Assembly: GCA_036555615.1 (NCBI GenBank)
Contig: DATBKZ010000054.1
Location: 660-64,659 of the forward strand
Direction of reading: 5' to 3'
DNA from: Burkholderiales bacterium
Lineage (GTDB): Bacteria; Pseudomonadota; Gammaproteobacteria; Burkholderiales; SG8-41
Length of the DNA stretch: 64,000 nucleotides
This document shows, piece after piece, positions 18,839-26,710 of the stretch; position 1 is the stretch's first letter; every line of letters begins with the position of its first letter. Under the pieces are notes generated by a model. It saw only the letters and a list, made by a program, of their open reading frames with translations. It made no database searches and was not told where the DNA came from. The position numbers were made by a program, and so were the translations under genes.

Positions 18839-18909
18839 CCCCTCCTCCGGCAGGAGGGGATCGAAGGAGGGGAGCCGGGGACAGCCTCCTCGGTTGTCCC
18901 CCCCGGGCT
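18839..18909. terminator. Two GC-rich hairpins between convergent genes
   Basis: First hairpin: CCCCTCCT-ccggc-AGGAGGGG (18839-18859). Second hairpin: GGGGACA-12 nt-TGTCCCC (18877-18902), extendable by AGCC/GGCT. Neither has a clean U-tract. Confidence 0.35.
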
Positions 18910-18913
18910 TCGA

Positions 18914-19603
18914 TCAATTGATGGCGAAGCAGTAGAAGAATCCGTCGCCACCGGTGCCCTGCAGCGCCTTCTGCGTGCAGCCTCCGCGCGAGGGGTGCGC
19001 GGAGTTCCAGGAGGTCGCCCACGCGTGGGTCACGGGACCCGAGCGGTCGTGATGACCGACCATGACCGCGCCGTCGGCACCGCTCTTCGTCCAGTTGCCG
19101 CACGTCATGTCTCCAAACGGAGGAGAGGGCGGAAAGGCCGTGCCGTCCGGCCGCGAGCCGGTCAGGATGTCGTGCTTGTTCGGCTTCTCGGTGCGGCCGT
19201 TGACCATTCGCCCCCGCTCGTCCACTGCCGTTTCCTTGGTCACGTTGTTGCGGGCCGAGTGCAGCTCCTCGATGTTCCTCGCGATCATGACGCCCTTGGC
19301 GTTGTACCAGGGGCCGGCACCGATGCGGTCGCGCGCATGGATCGCTTTCGGGTCGGCCAACCCTCCCGTTGCCTGCGTGCTGAGATAGGCGCGCCAGGTC
19401 TTTCCGCCCGCGCCCGCCGCCTGGGCAAGCGACTGGCAGTGTCCGTCGGCGCCGGCGAGGCCACCGAGGTCGGCTCCCTTGCCCGAGCCGACGCTGGTGA
19501 CGAAAAAGCTCATCGAGTTCGATCCCGGCTGCATGTCGGCGCAGGCGCCGAGCGCGAGGGCCGCGCAGCCAACGAGGGAAATGCCGATCGTGCGGGTTTT
19601 CAT
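18914..19603 (-). CDS. Lipoprotein with an endostatin-like / C-type-lectin-fold domain (function unknown)
   Basis: 229-aa ORF with a lipobox (LALGAC). The mature part has four Cys and blocks resembling collagen XVIII endostatin: GADGHCQSLAQAAGAGGKTWRAYLST, TCGNWT and FFYCFAIN at the C-terminus. Confidence 0.7.
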   Translation of the reverse strand: MKTRTIGISLVGCAALALGACADMQPGSNSMSFFVTSVGSGKGADLGGLAGADGHCQSLAQAAGAGGKTWRAYLSTQATGGLADPKAIHARDRIGAGPWYNAKGVMIARNIEELHSARNNVTKETAVDERGRMVNGRTEKPNKHDILTGSRPDGTAFPPSPPFGDMTCGNWTKSGADGAVMVGHHDRSGPVTHAWATSWNSAHPSRGGCTQKALQGTGGDGFFYCFAIN

Positions 19604-19842
19604 TTACATCCTCCTGTCGAGAAAATGGTCGGAAAATCTGGTTTTCGGCGCTGTCACGCGTCGAAGCGAAGAACCCAACCGGCTCCGCCCCTCGGCGACC
19701 TCCTCGGCCTCAATCGGCGTTAACAGCCGCGCGGCGGAAAATGTTCCCGAGGGCGCAGCCTGGGAGCGGGGTGGCGGTCAACCATCGCCGGTCGCGTGGG
19801 TGGGACGGCCGGACGCCGGCCACGCGTCGCCAGCTTGGGGCG

Positions 19843-20826
19843 CTATTCGAGCACGATGCCCGCGTCGCGGATGAACTTGCCCCAGCGCGCCCGGTCCTCG
19901 CGCAGGAATTTTGCGAAGGACTCGCGCGAGGGGCTGCCACCCGGCTCGATGCCGGCGTAGTTCTGGCGCTTCCTCACTCCCGGCGCCAGCATCGCCTTGT
20001 TGATCTCGGTGAACAGACGGTCGGCGATCCGCGCCGGCGTCCTGGCCGGCGCGAAGATGCCGTTCCAGTTGCTGATGTCGAAGCCGGGGAGCGTCTCCGC
20101 GATCGGTGGCAGATCGGGCAGCAGCGGCTGGCGGTGCGCCGTGGTGACTGCGAGCGCCCGCAGCTTTCCCGAGTTCAGGTGCGGCACGGCCACAACGTAG
20201 GTCGAGAACATGACCTGGAGATCGCCCGACACGAGGTCGATCAGCGCCGGGCCGCCCCCCTTGTAGGGCACGTGCGTCATGCGCACGCCGGCGAGCCGCT
20301 GAAACTGGACTCCGGCGAGATGGTCGAGCTGGCCGGGCCCGGAGCTGCCGAAGCGGGTCTCGCCCGCGCGCTGCTTCGTTACCTCCATGAACTGCCTCGG
20401 GCTGCGCACCCCGCTCGCGGGATTGACCACCATCACGTTGATGATCTCGGCCGCGCGCGTGATCGGCAGAAAATCCCGCTCCGCGTCGTACGGCAGCCTC
20501 TTGTAGAGCCAGGGACTGATCGCAAGCGGGCCCACGCCGCCGACCAGCAGCGTGTAGCCGTCGGGCTCGGCCTTGGCGAGGAGATCGGTCGCCAGACGCC
20601 CGGCCGCGCCCGGGCGGTTGTCGATGACGATCGTCTGGCCGAGCTGCGCGGCGAGCGGCTCGGCGATGGTGCGTCCGATGGTGTCCGCGGCTCCGGCCGC
20701 CGGGAACGGGATGAGCACGCGGATCGGGCGCGCGGGGTATTTCTGCTGCGCCCACGCCGGCAGCGCCCCGGCAGCGATCGCGATGAGCAGCGCGGCACGA
20801 AGCCATATCGGTCTCTTCATGGTCAT
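19843..20826 (-). CDS. Bug/TctC-family substrate-binding protein
   Basis: 327-aa ORF with RPIRVLIPFPAAGAADT and VPYKGGGPALIDLVSGD. Confidence 0.9.
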   Translation of the reverse strand: MTMKRPIWLRAALLIAIAAGALPAWAQQKYPARPIRVLIPFPAAGAADTIGRTIAEPLAAQLGQTIVIDNRPGAAGRLATDLLAKAEPDGYTLLVGGVGPLAISPWLYKRLPYDAERDFLPITRAAEIINVMVVNPASGVRSPRQFMEVTKQRAGETRFGSSGPGQLDHLAGVQFQRLAGVRMTHVPYKGGGPALIDLVSGDLQVMFSTYVVAVPHLNSGKLRALAVTTAHRQPLLPDLPPIAETLPGFDISNWNGIFAPARTPARIADRLFTEINKAMLAPGVRKRQNYAGIEPGGSPSRESFAKFLREDRARWGKFIRDAGIVLE

Positions 20827-20835
20827 CTCCTCCGG

Positions 20836-21879
20836 TCAGGCCCGGGCTTTGGCCCGGGGGTGAAGCACGATCTTGTGCGCTTCCACGGTGCGCGCTTCGA
20901 GCAGCCTCAACGCGTCTTCGGCCTGCTCGAGCGGGAAGCGATGGCTGATGTAGCGGTCCGGATCCACGCGACCGCTCGCGATCAGATCGAGGCAGGCGGG
21001 AAACGCCCGGAAATTGCCGCGCGAGAAGTTGAGGTCGATCTCGCGGTCCTTGAGATATGCGATCGGGATCGTTGCCCGGTTCTCGGGAAACGTTCCCACG
21101 ACGGTAATCTGCCCGCCGCGCTTCACCATGGCGGCGGCGTCCGCCACGGTGCGCTCCTGGAAGCCGCCGACGCACTCGACCACCTTGTCGAAGCCTAGCC
21201 CGCCGGTTGCGGCCAGCGCGTGGGCGCCCAGCTCGCCGGCATCGGGATTCATGGTGTGCGGGATGCCGAGACGGCGCGCGAGCGCGAGGCGGTAGTCGAG
21301 CAGGTCGAGTATCGTCACTTCGGCGCCCATCGAGCGCGCGATGAGCGCGGCGCCGAGACCGATCGGCCCCGCGCCGATCACCGCAACGCGCTCTCCAGGC
21401 CGCGGCTTCACGCGGTCGGCGACGGCGTGATAGCTGATGCCCAGCACCTGGACGGCGGAGGCCTGGTCGTAGCTGACGTTCCCGGGCAGCCGGTGCAGGT
21501 TGAAGTCGGGCACCGCCGCGTACTCGGCGTACGCCCCGTCACGGTCGAAGCCCATCGTCTGCAGCCGTTCGCAGATATTGCCGCGGCCCTCGCGGCAGGG
21601 TCCGCACTGACCGCAAGCGAAATCGATGTCGCAGCAGACGCGATCCCCGGCGCGGAAGCCCTTTACCGCGCTCCCGAGCGCGACGATCTCGCCGGCGAAC
21701 TCGTGGCCGAGCACGCGCGGGAAGGTGAGCCGCGGGTGCTTGCCATGGTAGGCGTGCAGGTCCGAGCCGCAGATCGAGCACGCGCGGACCTCGACCACCG
21801 CCTCGTTGGGCGCCGGCGCGGGATCCGGGACGGTTTCCCGGCGCAGATCCCGCCCGCCGTGCAGCACCATCGCCTTCAC
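20836..21879 (-). CDS. Zinc-dependent alcohol dehydrogenase (MDR family, threonine/sorbitol dehydrogenase-like)
   Basis: 347-aa ORF with a GTG start, CSICGSDLH, GHEFAGE, a structural Zn Cys cluster (CGQCGPCREG) and the Rossmann motif VIGAGPIG. Confidence 0.9.
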   Translation of the reverse strand: MKAMVLHGGRDLRRETVPDPAPAPNEAVVEVRACSICGSDLHAYHGKHPRLTFPRVLGHEFAGEIVALGSAVKGFRAGDRVCCDIDFACGQCGPCREGRGNICERLQTMGFDRDGAYAEYAAVPDFNLHRLPGNVSYDQASAVQVLGISYHAVADRVKPRPGERVAVIGAGPIGLGAALIARSMGAEVTILDLLDYRLALARRLGIPHTMNPDAGELGAHALAATGGLGFDKVVECVGGFQERTVADAAAMVKRGGQITVVGTFPENRATIPIAYLKDREIDLNFSRGNFRAFPACLDLIASGRVDPDRYISHRFPLEQAEDALRLLEARTVEAHKIVLHPRAKARA

Positions 21880-21922
21880 GCCGGGCGCCTGCTGTCAGCG
21901 TGCGCTGGCGGGTAGCCGCCGC

Positions 21923-21976
21923 GTGTCGATCCGGGTCGGACCAGCACAAGTGTCGATCCGGGTCGGACCAGCACAA
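21923..21976. repeat. Perfect 27-bp tandem direct repeat x2 (GTGTCGATCCGGGTCGGACCAGCACAA)
   Basis: Read directly: 21923-21949 equals 21950-21976. It begins 44 bp upstream of the ADH start codon. Confidence 0.9.
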
Positions 21977-22206
21977 GTATCCGCTCCGTCACGATATTCC
22001 AATGAGAAAAGTCTGCAATCGAATCATAGAACGTCATTCTTGATATCGAAACTGGCGATTTCAGCTTCCGGGTTTCCTGCGCCGGACCTTCTAAAGGTTT
22101 CTCCAGCGCCGCGAATTTGCCTGCGGAAATGGCGTTCTAAGGCCCCTTAGGGCCGATAATTGATCGGCTTGTTGATTGAGAACAGGAGGTTGTACTGGTC
22201 CGACCC
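21933..22206. repeat. Inverted repeat pair (GGGTCGGACCAG[C/T]ACAA, 16/17 match) bracketing an AT-rich ORF-less segment; MITE-like
   Basis: Left copies are at 21933-21949 and 21960-21976, inside the tandem repeat. The inverted right copy is at 22190-22206. The interior is about 50 percent GC by eye against about 67 percent background and has no credible ORF. Confidence 0.3.
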
Positions 22207-22218
22207 CACTAAGCTGTG

Positions 22219-23040
22219 TCAGCCGAGGGTGAAATCGAGGTACATCATCCCGAGAAACCCCGTGAAGAGCATTGCTGTCGCCATGCCTTCGCGGCCGACG
22301 CGGTGCGTCTCGGGGATGATCTCCTCGCTAATCACGTAGAGCATCGCACCGGCGGAAAAACCGAGCCCCCACGGCAGGATGCCGCTCGCGAGCGCGATGG
22401 CGCCGGCACCGAGCACCGCGCCGACCGGCTCGACCACGCCGCTCAGCACGCCGACCGCGATCGCGGTACCGCGCGAATAGTTCTGCGAGAGCAATGCTGC
22501 GGCGACCGCCAGGCCCTCGGGGGCGTTCTGCAACCCGATTCCGAGCGCGACGCCGAGGGCGCTGCGCACGTCGCCCGAGGCGGCGGCGACGCCGGTCGCC
22601 ATGCCTTCCGGCAGGTTGTGGATGGTGATTGCGAGCACGAACAGCCACACGCGCCGCAACCGGTCGCAGCCCTCGCCCTCGCAGCCTTTGATGAAGTGCT
22701 CGTGCGGGACATAGCGGTGGATCGCCCACAGCACGGCGGCGCCGGCCGCGACCGCGAGCCCCATTGCAAGTCCCGCTGCCGGTTTCGAGCCCGAGGTCGT
22801 CTCCGCGAGCTCGAGCCCGGGCAGGAGCAGCGAGAAGATGCTCGCCGCGAGCATGACCCCGGCGGCGAAGCTCAGAAGCGCGGCGCTGCGCTTCTCGGCG
22901 AGCTGCCCGAACGCCAGCACCGAGAGCGTGCCGACCCCGGTCAGCACGATGCCGGCCAGCACGCTCAGCGTCAGCGCCGCGAGGACCGGCGAAGCCGTCA
23001 GCCAGGCCTGCACTGCGGCATGAAAACCTTCACTACCCAT
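22219..23040 (-). CDS. ZIP-family divalent metal transporter (ZupT-like)
   Basis: 273-aa polytopic membrane protein with HNLPEGMA and the GLQNAPEGLAVA signature typical of ZIP/ZupT. Confidence 0.85.
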   Translation of the reverse strand: MGSEGFHAAVQAWLTASPVLAALTLSVLAGIVLTGVGTLSVLAFGQLAEKRSAALLSFAAGVMLAASIFSLLLPGLELAETTSGSKPAAGLAMGLAVAAGAAVLWAIHRYVPHEHFIKGCEGEGCDRLRRVWLFVLAITIHNLPEGMATGVAAASGDVRSALGVALGIGLQNAPEGLAVAAALLSQNYSRGTAIAVGVLSGVVEPVGAVLGAGAIALASGILPWGLGFSAGAMLYVISEEIIPETHRVGREGMATAMLFTGFLGMMYLDFTLG

Positions 23041-23123
23041 GCGACACTATGGCGCCCGTTCGCCGCCGTGGAGCCCCTACGGCCCGATACGCGAGTATAG
23101 ACAATTGCCTGGGAAGGGAGTCG

Positions 23124-23759
23124 ATGAATCCTTCAACACCAAAGTCCTCCGAAAAATCGGACCCGCGGCGCTTCAAGCTGATTCCACCTGAACAGTTGAC
23201 GCCGGAGCAGAAGAAAGTCGCCGATGCGATCCGCTCGGGACCGCGCGCCGCGGTGAAGAACTCGTCGGCCGCCCGGCCGGGGCCGCTTGGCGGGCCGTTC
23301 AACGTCTGGCTGCGCAGCCCGGACGTCGGCAACATCATCCAGAGCCTGGGCGCGGAGATCCGCTTCAAGAGCTCGCTGCCGACGAAGCTGAACGAGCTTG
23401 CGGTCATCGTGACGGCGCGCCACTGGAGCTGCCAGTACGAGTGGCACGCGCATCACCGCCTCGCGCTGGAGGCGGGGCTCGATCCCGCGATCGGCGAGGA
23501 CATCGCGCAGGGGCGGCGGCCGGCGAAGATGGATGCGGACGAGCGACTCGTCTACGACTTCTCCCGCGAGCTGCACGAGACGCAGGGGGTGAACGATGCC
23601 ACATTCAGGGCCGCGCGCGACCGCTTCGGCGAGCGCGGCGTCGTGGATTTGATCGCCGTGAACGGGTTCTACGGACTGGTGTCGATGGCGCTCAACGTGG
23701 ACCGCACGCCATTGCCGGAGGGCGTGAAGCCGCCGCTGCCGCCGCTGGCGAAGGGATGA
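23124..23759 (+). CDS. Carboxymuconolactone decarboxylase (CMD/AhpD-fold) family protein
   Basis: ATG 23124 follows GGGAAGGGAG. The protein has LTPEQKKVADAIRSGPRA and ...RHWSCQYEWHAHHRLALEAGL. Confidence 0.8.
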   Translation: MNPSTPKSSEKSDPRRFKLIPPEQLTPEQKKVADAIRSGPRAAVKNSSAARPGPLGGPFNVWLRSPDVGNIIQSLGAEIRFKSSLPTKLNELAVIVTARHWSCQYEWHAHHRLALEAGLDPAIGEDIAQGRRPAKMDADERLVYDFSRELHETQGVNDATFRAARDRFGERGVVDLIAVNGFYGLVSMALNVDRTPLPEGVKPPLPPLAKG

Positions 23760-23787
23760 GGCGTGAAGGCTGAGGGATGAAGGATGA
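23753..23787 (+). repeat. Five tandem heptamers: GGGATGA GGCGTGA AGGCTGA GGGATGA AGGATGA
   Basis: Read directly. The first TGA (23757-23759) is the CMD stop codon. Successive TGAs fall in all three frames. Related to 886-920. Confidence 0.85.
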
Positions 23788-23847
23788 GGGCCGCAGGGGG
23801 CTGCTAGAATCTCACGGTCCCATACCGCCAGCCGAGGAGCTCCCCCG

Positions 23848-24492
23848 ATGAAGCTGATGCTGTACTACGCCCCGCTGACCTGCGCGCTGGTGCCGTTCGT
23901 GACGCTCACCGAGGCGGGCGCCGAGTTTGACGTGCGTCCCATCAACACGCGCAACGGCGACAACCGCAAGCCGGAATTCCTGCGGCTGAATCCCAAGCAC
24001 AAGGTGCCCGTTCTCGTCATCGACGGCGAGCCGTTGACGGAGAACATCGCCATCCAGATCTGGATTCACCGCCAGTTTCCCGCGGCGAAGCTGCTGCCGG
24101 CGGACCCGAAGGAGGAAATCAAGGCGATCTCGCTCATGGGCTTCTGCGGCTCGGGCATCCATCCGCATCTCACGCCCAACGCGCGTCCCCAGAACTACTG
24201 CGACCTCCCGGGCTCGGAGGAAAGCGTCAAGCGGGTCGCCAACAAGCTTCTGTTCGAGGACATGAAGGTCATGGACGACATCCTCGCCGGCCGCGAGTGG
24301 TTCTTCGGGCACTTCACCGCGTGCGACGCCTACTTCTTCTGGTGCTTCCGCCGCGCCGTCTCGTTCAAGCTCGACCTCTCGGGGTTCGGGAACTGCATGG
24401 CGCACTTCGAGCGCATGCATGAGCGCCCCAGCGTGCAGCGGGTGATCGCCTACGAGAAGCAGGTGCAAGAGGCCTTCGCCAGGGCGGCGTGA
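23848..24492 (+). CDS. Glutathione S-transferase
   Basis: 214-aa ORF with an N-terminal thioredoxin-like GST domain (KLMLYYAPLTCALVPFVTL...NPKHKVPVLVIDGEPLTE) and a C-terminal helical domain. Confidence 0.9.
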   Translation: MKLMLYYAPLTCALVPFVTLTEAGAEFDVRPINTRNGDNRKPEFLRLNPKHKVPVLVIDGEPLTENIAIQIWIHRQFPAAKLLPADPKEEIKAISLMGFCGSGIHPHLTPNARPQNYCDLPGSEESVKRVANKLLFEDMKVMDDILAGREWFFGHFTACDAYFFWCFRRAVSFKLDLSGFGNCMAHFERMHERPSVQRVIAYEKQVQEAFARAA

Positions 24493-24505
24493 TCGGAGGC
24501 GAGCG

Positions 24506-25405
24506 ATGCGCGCACGCAACATGACCTTCTGCACGCTCGCCGGGCGCGGCGGCGGCGCGCTTGGCCTCAGGACGGAGCGGGGCATCCTGGACGTGGCCAG
24601 GGCGTCCGCGTTGTTCCACATCCAGTCGCCGACGGACATTCACGCCGTGATCGAAGGGGCCGACTGCGCGCCGCTCCTGAAGCTCGCGGAAAAGGCGCTG
24701 GTCGATAAGCGCGGCAGGAGCGTGCTCATTCCGGAATCACGCGCGCGATTCGCTCCCGCCGTTCCGCGCCCGGGCAAGATCATCTGCGTCGGGCTCAACT
24801 ACCGCCGGCACGCGCAGGAGACGGGCAACCCGATTCCGCCGGTTCCAATTCTATTCAGCAAGTACCACAACACCCTCGTCGGGCATCGCGGCAGAATCCC
24901 GTTGCCGACGAAGGTGTCCTCGCAGTTCGACTACGAGGTGGAACTGGTGCTCGTCATCGGCCGCAAGTCGCGCGACGTGCCGGAGGACAAGGCGCTGTCG
25001 CACGTCTTCGGTTACGCCACCGGGAACGATTTCTCGGCGCGCGACCTGATGCGGGTCACGAGCCAGCTCATGCTCGGCAAGACCTGCGACGGGTTCGCGC
25101 CGCTCGGCCCCTGGATCGTCACTGCGGACCAGATCGCGGAACCGCAGAATCTCAGGATCACCACGTACGTGAACGGCGAGAAGCGCCAGGACTCGAACAC
25201 CTCCGACATGATCTTCAATTGCGCGCAGATCGTGAGCTATTGCTCACGCCACATGACGCTTCTCCCCGGCGACATCATCTACACCGGGACGCCGCAGGGC
25301 GTGATCCTGGGCTATCCGCCCGGGAAGCAGGTCTGGCTCAAGGCCGGCGACAAGGTCGTCACCGAGGTCGAGAAATGCGGCGCGCTCGAGGTGACGCTCG
25401 CATGA
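24506..25405 (+). CDS. Fumarylacetoacetate hydrolase (FAH) family protein
   Basis: 299-aa ORF (alternative start 24521) with KIICVGLNYRRHAQE, FDYEVELVLVIG, and GDIIYTGTPQGV. Confidence 0.9.
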   Translation: MRARNMTFCTLAGRGGGALGLRTERGILDVARASALFHIQSPTDIHAVIEGADCAPLLKLAEKALVDKRGRSVLIPESRARFAPAVPRPGKIICVGLNYRRHAQETGNPIPPVPILFSKYHNTLVGHRGRIPLPTKVSSQFDYEVELVLVIGRKSRDVPEDKALSHVFGYATGNDFSARDLMRVTSQLMLGKTCDGFAPLGPWIVTADQIAEPQNLRITTYVNGEKRQDSNTSDMIFNCAQIVSYCSRHMTLLPGDIIYTGTPQGVILGYPPGKQVWLKAGDKVVTEVEKCGALEVTLA

Positions 25406-26385
25406 CGAGCGCAAGCCCACGCACGCGGGTAGCCGGAGCGCAGGGAGCACGGTTCGAGCTCGTGCCGGTGGACGCCGCGCTGGGCGCGGAGGTGCGCGGC
25501 CTCGACCTGAGGATGCTCGATGACGCGGCGTTCCAGGCGCTGCATGTGGCGTGGCTGCACCACGTCGTGCTGGTCTTCCGGGGCCAGAGCCTCACCGCCG
25601 GGGATCTCGTCAACCTGGTGCGGCGTTTCGGCACGCCGGTGACCTCGTCCAATCTTCACAAGCGCAAGCTCGAGGAGCGAGCCGGCATGCGCCTGCTCAA
25701 CCTTCCGCCCGAGGTGACGGTCGTCTCCAACGTGCGCGAGCGCGGCGAGGCAATCGGCATCCTCGGCGACAGTGAAGTCGTGTGGCATGCGGATTTCTCG
25801 TTCAAGGAGCGGCCGACCGCGGCGCGGATGCTGGTCGCGATGGAAGTGCCCGCGCGCGAGGAGGGCGGCAACACGTTCTTCCTGAACTGCTTCGCCGCGT
25901 ATGACGCGTTGCCTGACGACTTGAAGCACCGCGTGTCCGGGATGACCATCAAGCAGGCGGACATCGTGGACACAGCGATGAAGGTCCGCCCCGGCATGTC
26001 CCTCGACATGGACATCCGCGCGGTGCCCGGGCCGAGCCATCCCGTCATCTCGACGCATCCCGAGACGGGGCACAACATGCTCTTCCTCGGCCGGCGTCAT
26101 GGCGCCTACGTGAATGGTCTCCCGCTAGAGGAATCGGAAGCGCTGCTCGACCGGCTGTGGGCGCACGCCACGCAACCGCGGTTCTGGTACGAGCACAAGT
26201 GGTCCACGGGCGACGTGGTGGTGTGGGACAACCGCGCGGCGCTTCACCGGCGCGACGCATTTGACGCGACGAGCCGGCGCGTCCTCTACGCTGCGCAGGT
26301 GGAGGGCCACCGCCCGGTCGAGGCGCCCGATGCCCTGAGCCGGCCGCCGCATCCCAGGGCACAGCGGACGGTGAGTGCCTCGTGA
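25402..26385 (+). CDS. TauD/TfdA-family Fe(II)/2-oxoglutarate dioxygenase
   Basis: ATG 25402 overlaps the FAH stop (ATGA). The protein has LGAEVRGLDL, VVWHADFSF, and VVVWDNRAALHRR. Confidence 0.9.
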   Translation: MTSASPRTRVAGAQGARFELVPVDAALGAEVRGLDLRMLDDAAFQALHVAWLHHVVLVFRGQSLTAGDLVNLVRRFGTPVTSSNLHKRKLEERAGMRLLNLPPEVTVVSNVRERGEAIGILGDSEVVWHADFSFKERPTAARMLVAMEVPAREEGGNTFFLNCFAAYDALPDDLKHRVSGMTIKQADIVDTAMKVRPGMSLDMDIRAVPGPSHPVISTHPETGHNMLFLGRRHGAYVNGLPLEESEALLDRLWAHATQPRFWYEHKWSTGDVVVWDNRAALHRRDAFDATSRRVLYAAQVEGHRPVEAPDALSRPPHPRAQRTVSAS

Positions 26386-26428
26386 CTGGTGACTCCTGAC
26401 AGTCCAGCGGCGGCGCAGGATGCCGCGG

Positions 26429-26710
26429 CTATTCCGCCCGCACCGGGCCGATCACGTGGACACGTACCGCGTAGCCTTCGAGCTCCTGGGGCGTGTTTGC
26501 GCGCACTTCCGGCCGCTCGCGGTCCAGGCTCACGATGATCGCCTGCCTGCCGTCCGCGTCGCGGCCGATGCCGACCGCGACGACGCCGGGCTGGGCCATG
26601 AGGCGCGCCTCGTGCCTGGCTTTGACTTCCTGGATGGTCGGCGGCATCTCGCCTCTTCCGAATGCGGTGACGGCGGCGAACGCCAGCGCGAGCGCGAAGA
26701 GCCGCTTCAC
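26429..26710 (-). CDS. Small secreted protein resembling the N-terminal domain of the adjacent protease
   Basis: 93 aa. GTG 26710 overlaps the protease stop (GTGA). It has a signal peptide (MKRLFALALAFAAVTAFG), then ...PGVVAVGIGRDADGRQAIIVSLDRERPEVRANTPQELEGYAVRVHVIGPVRAE. Confidence 0.6.
   Translation of the reverse strand: MKRLFALALAFAAVTAFGRGEMPPTIQEVKARHEARLMAQPGVVAVGIGRDADGRQAIIVSLDRERPEVRANTPQELEGYAVRVHVIGPVRAE

Noticed and set aside
22141-22156. GGCCC-ctta-GGGCC hairpin as the terminator of the ZIP gene
   Set aside because: It has only a 5-bp stem and no U-tract on the minus strand. It also lies inside the MITE-like AT-rich segment, so it is too weak to call.
22216-23100. 294-aa plus-strand ORF
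   Set aside because: It is antisense to the ZIP transporter gene, which has clear TM helices and the HNLPEG/GLQNAPEGLAVA signature. The ORF itself is charged and Arg-rich with no motifs.
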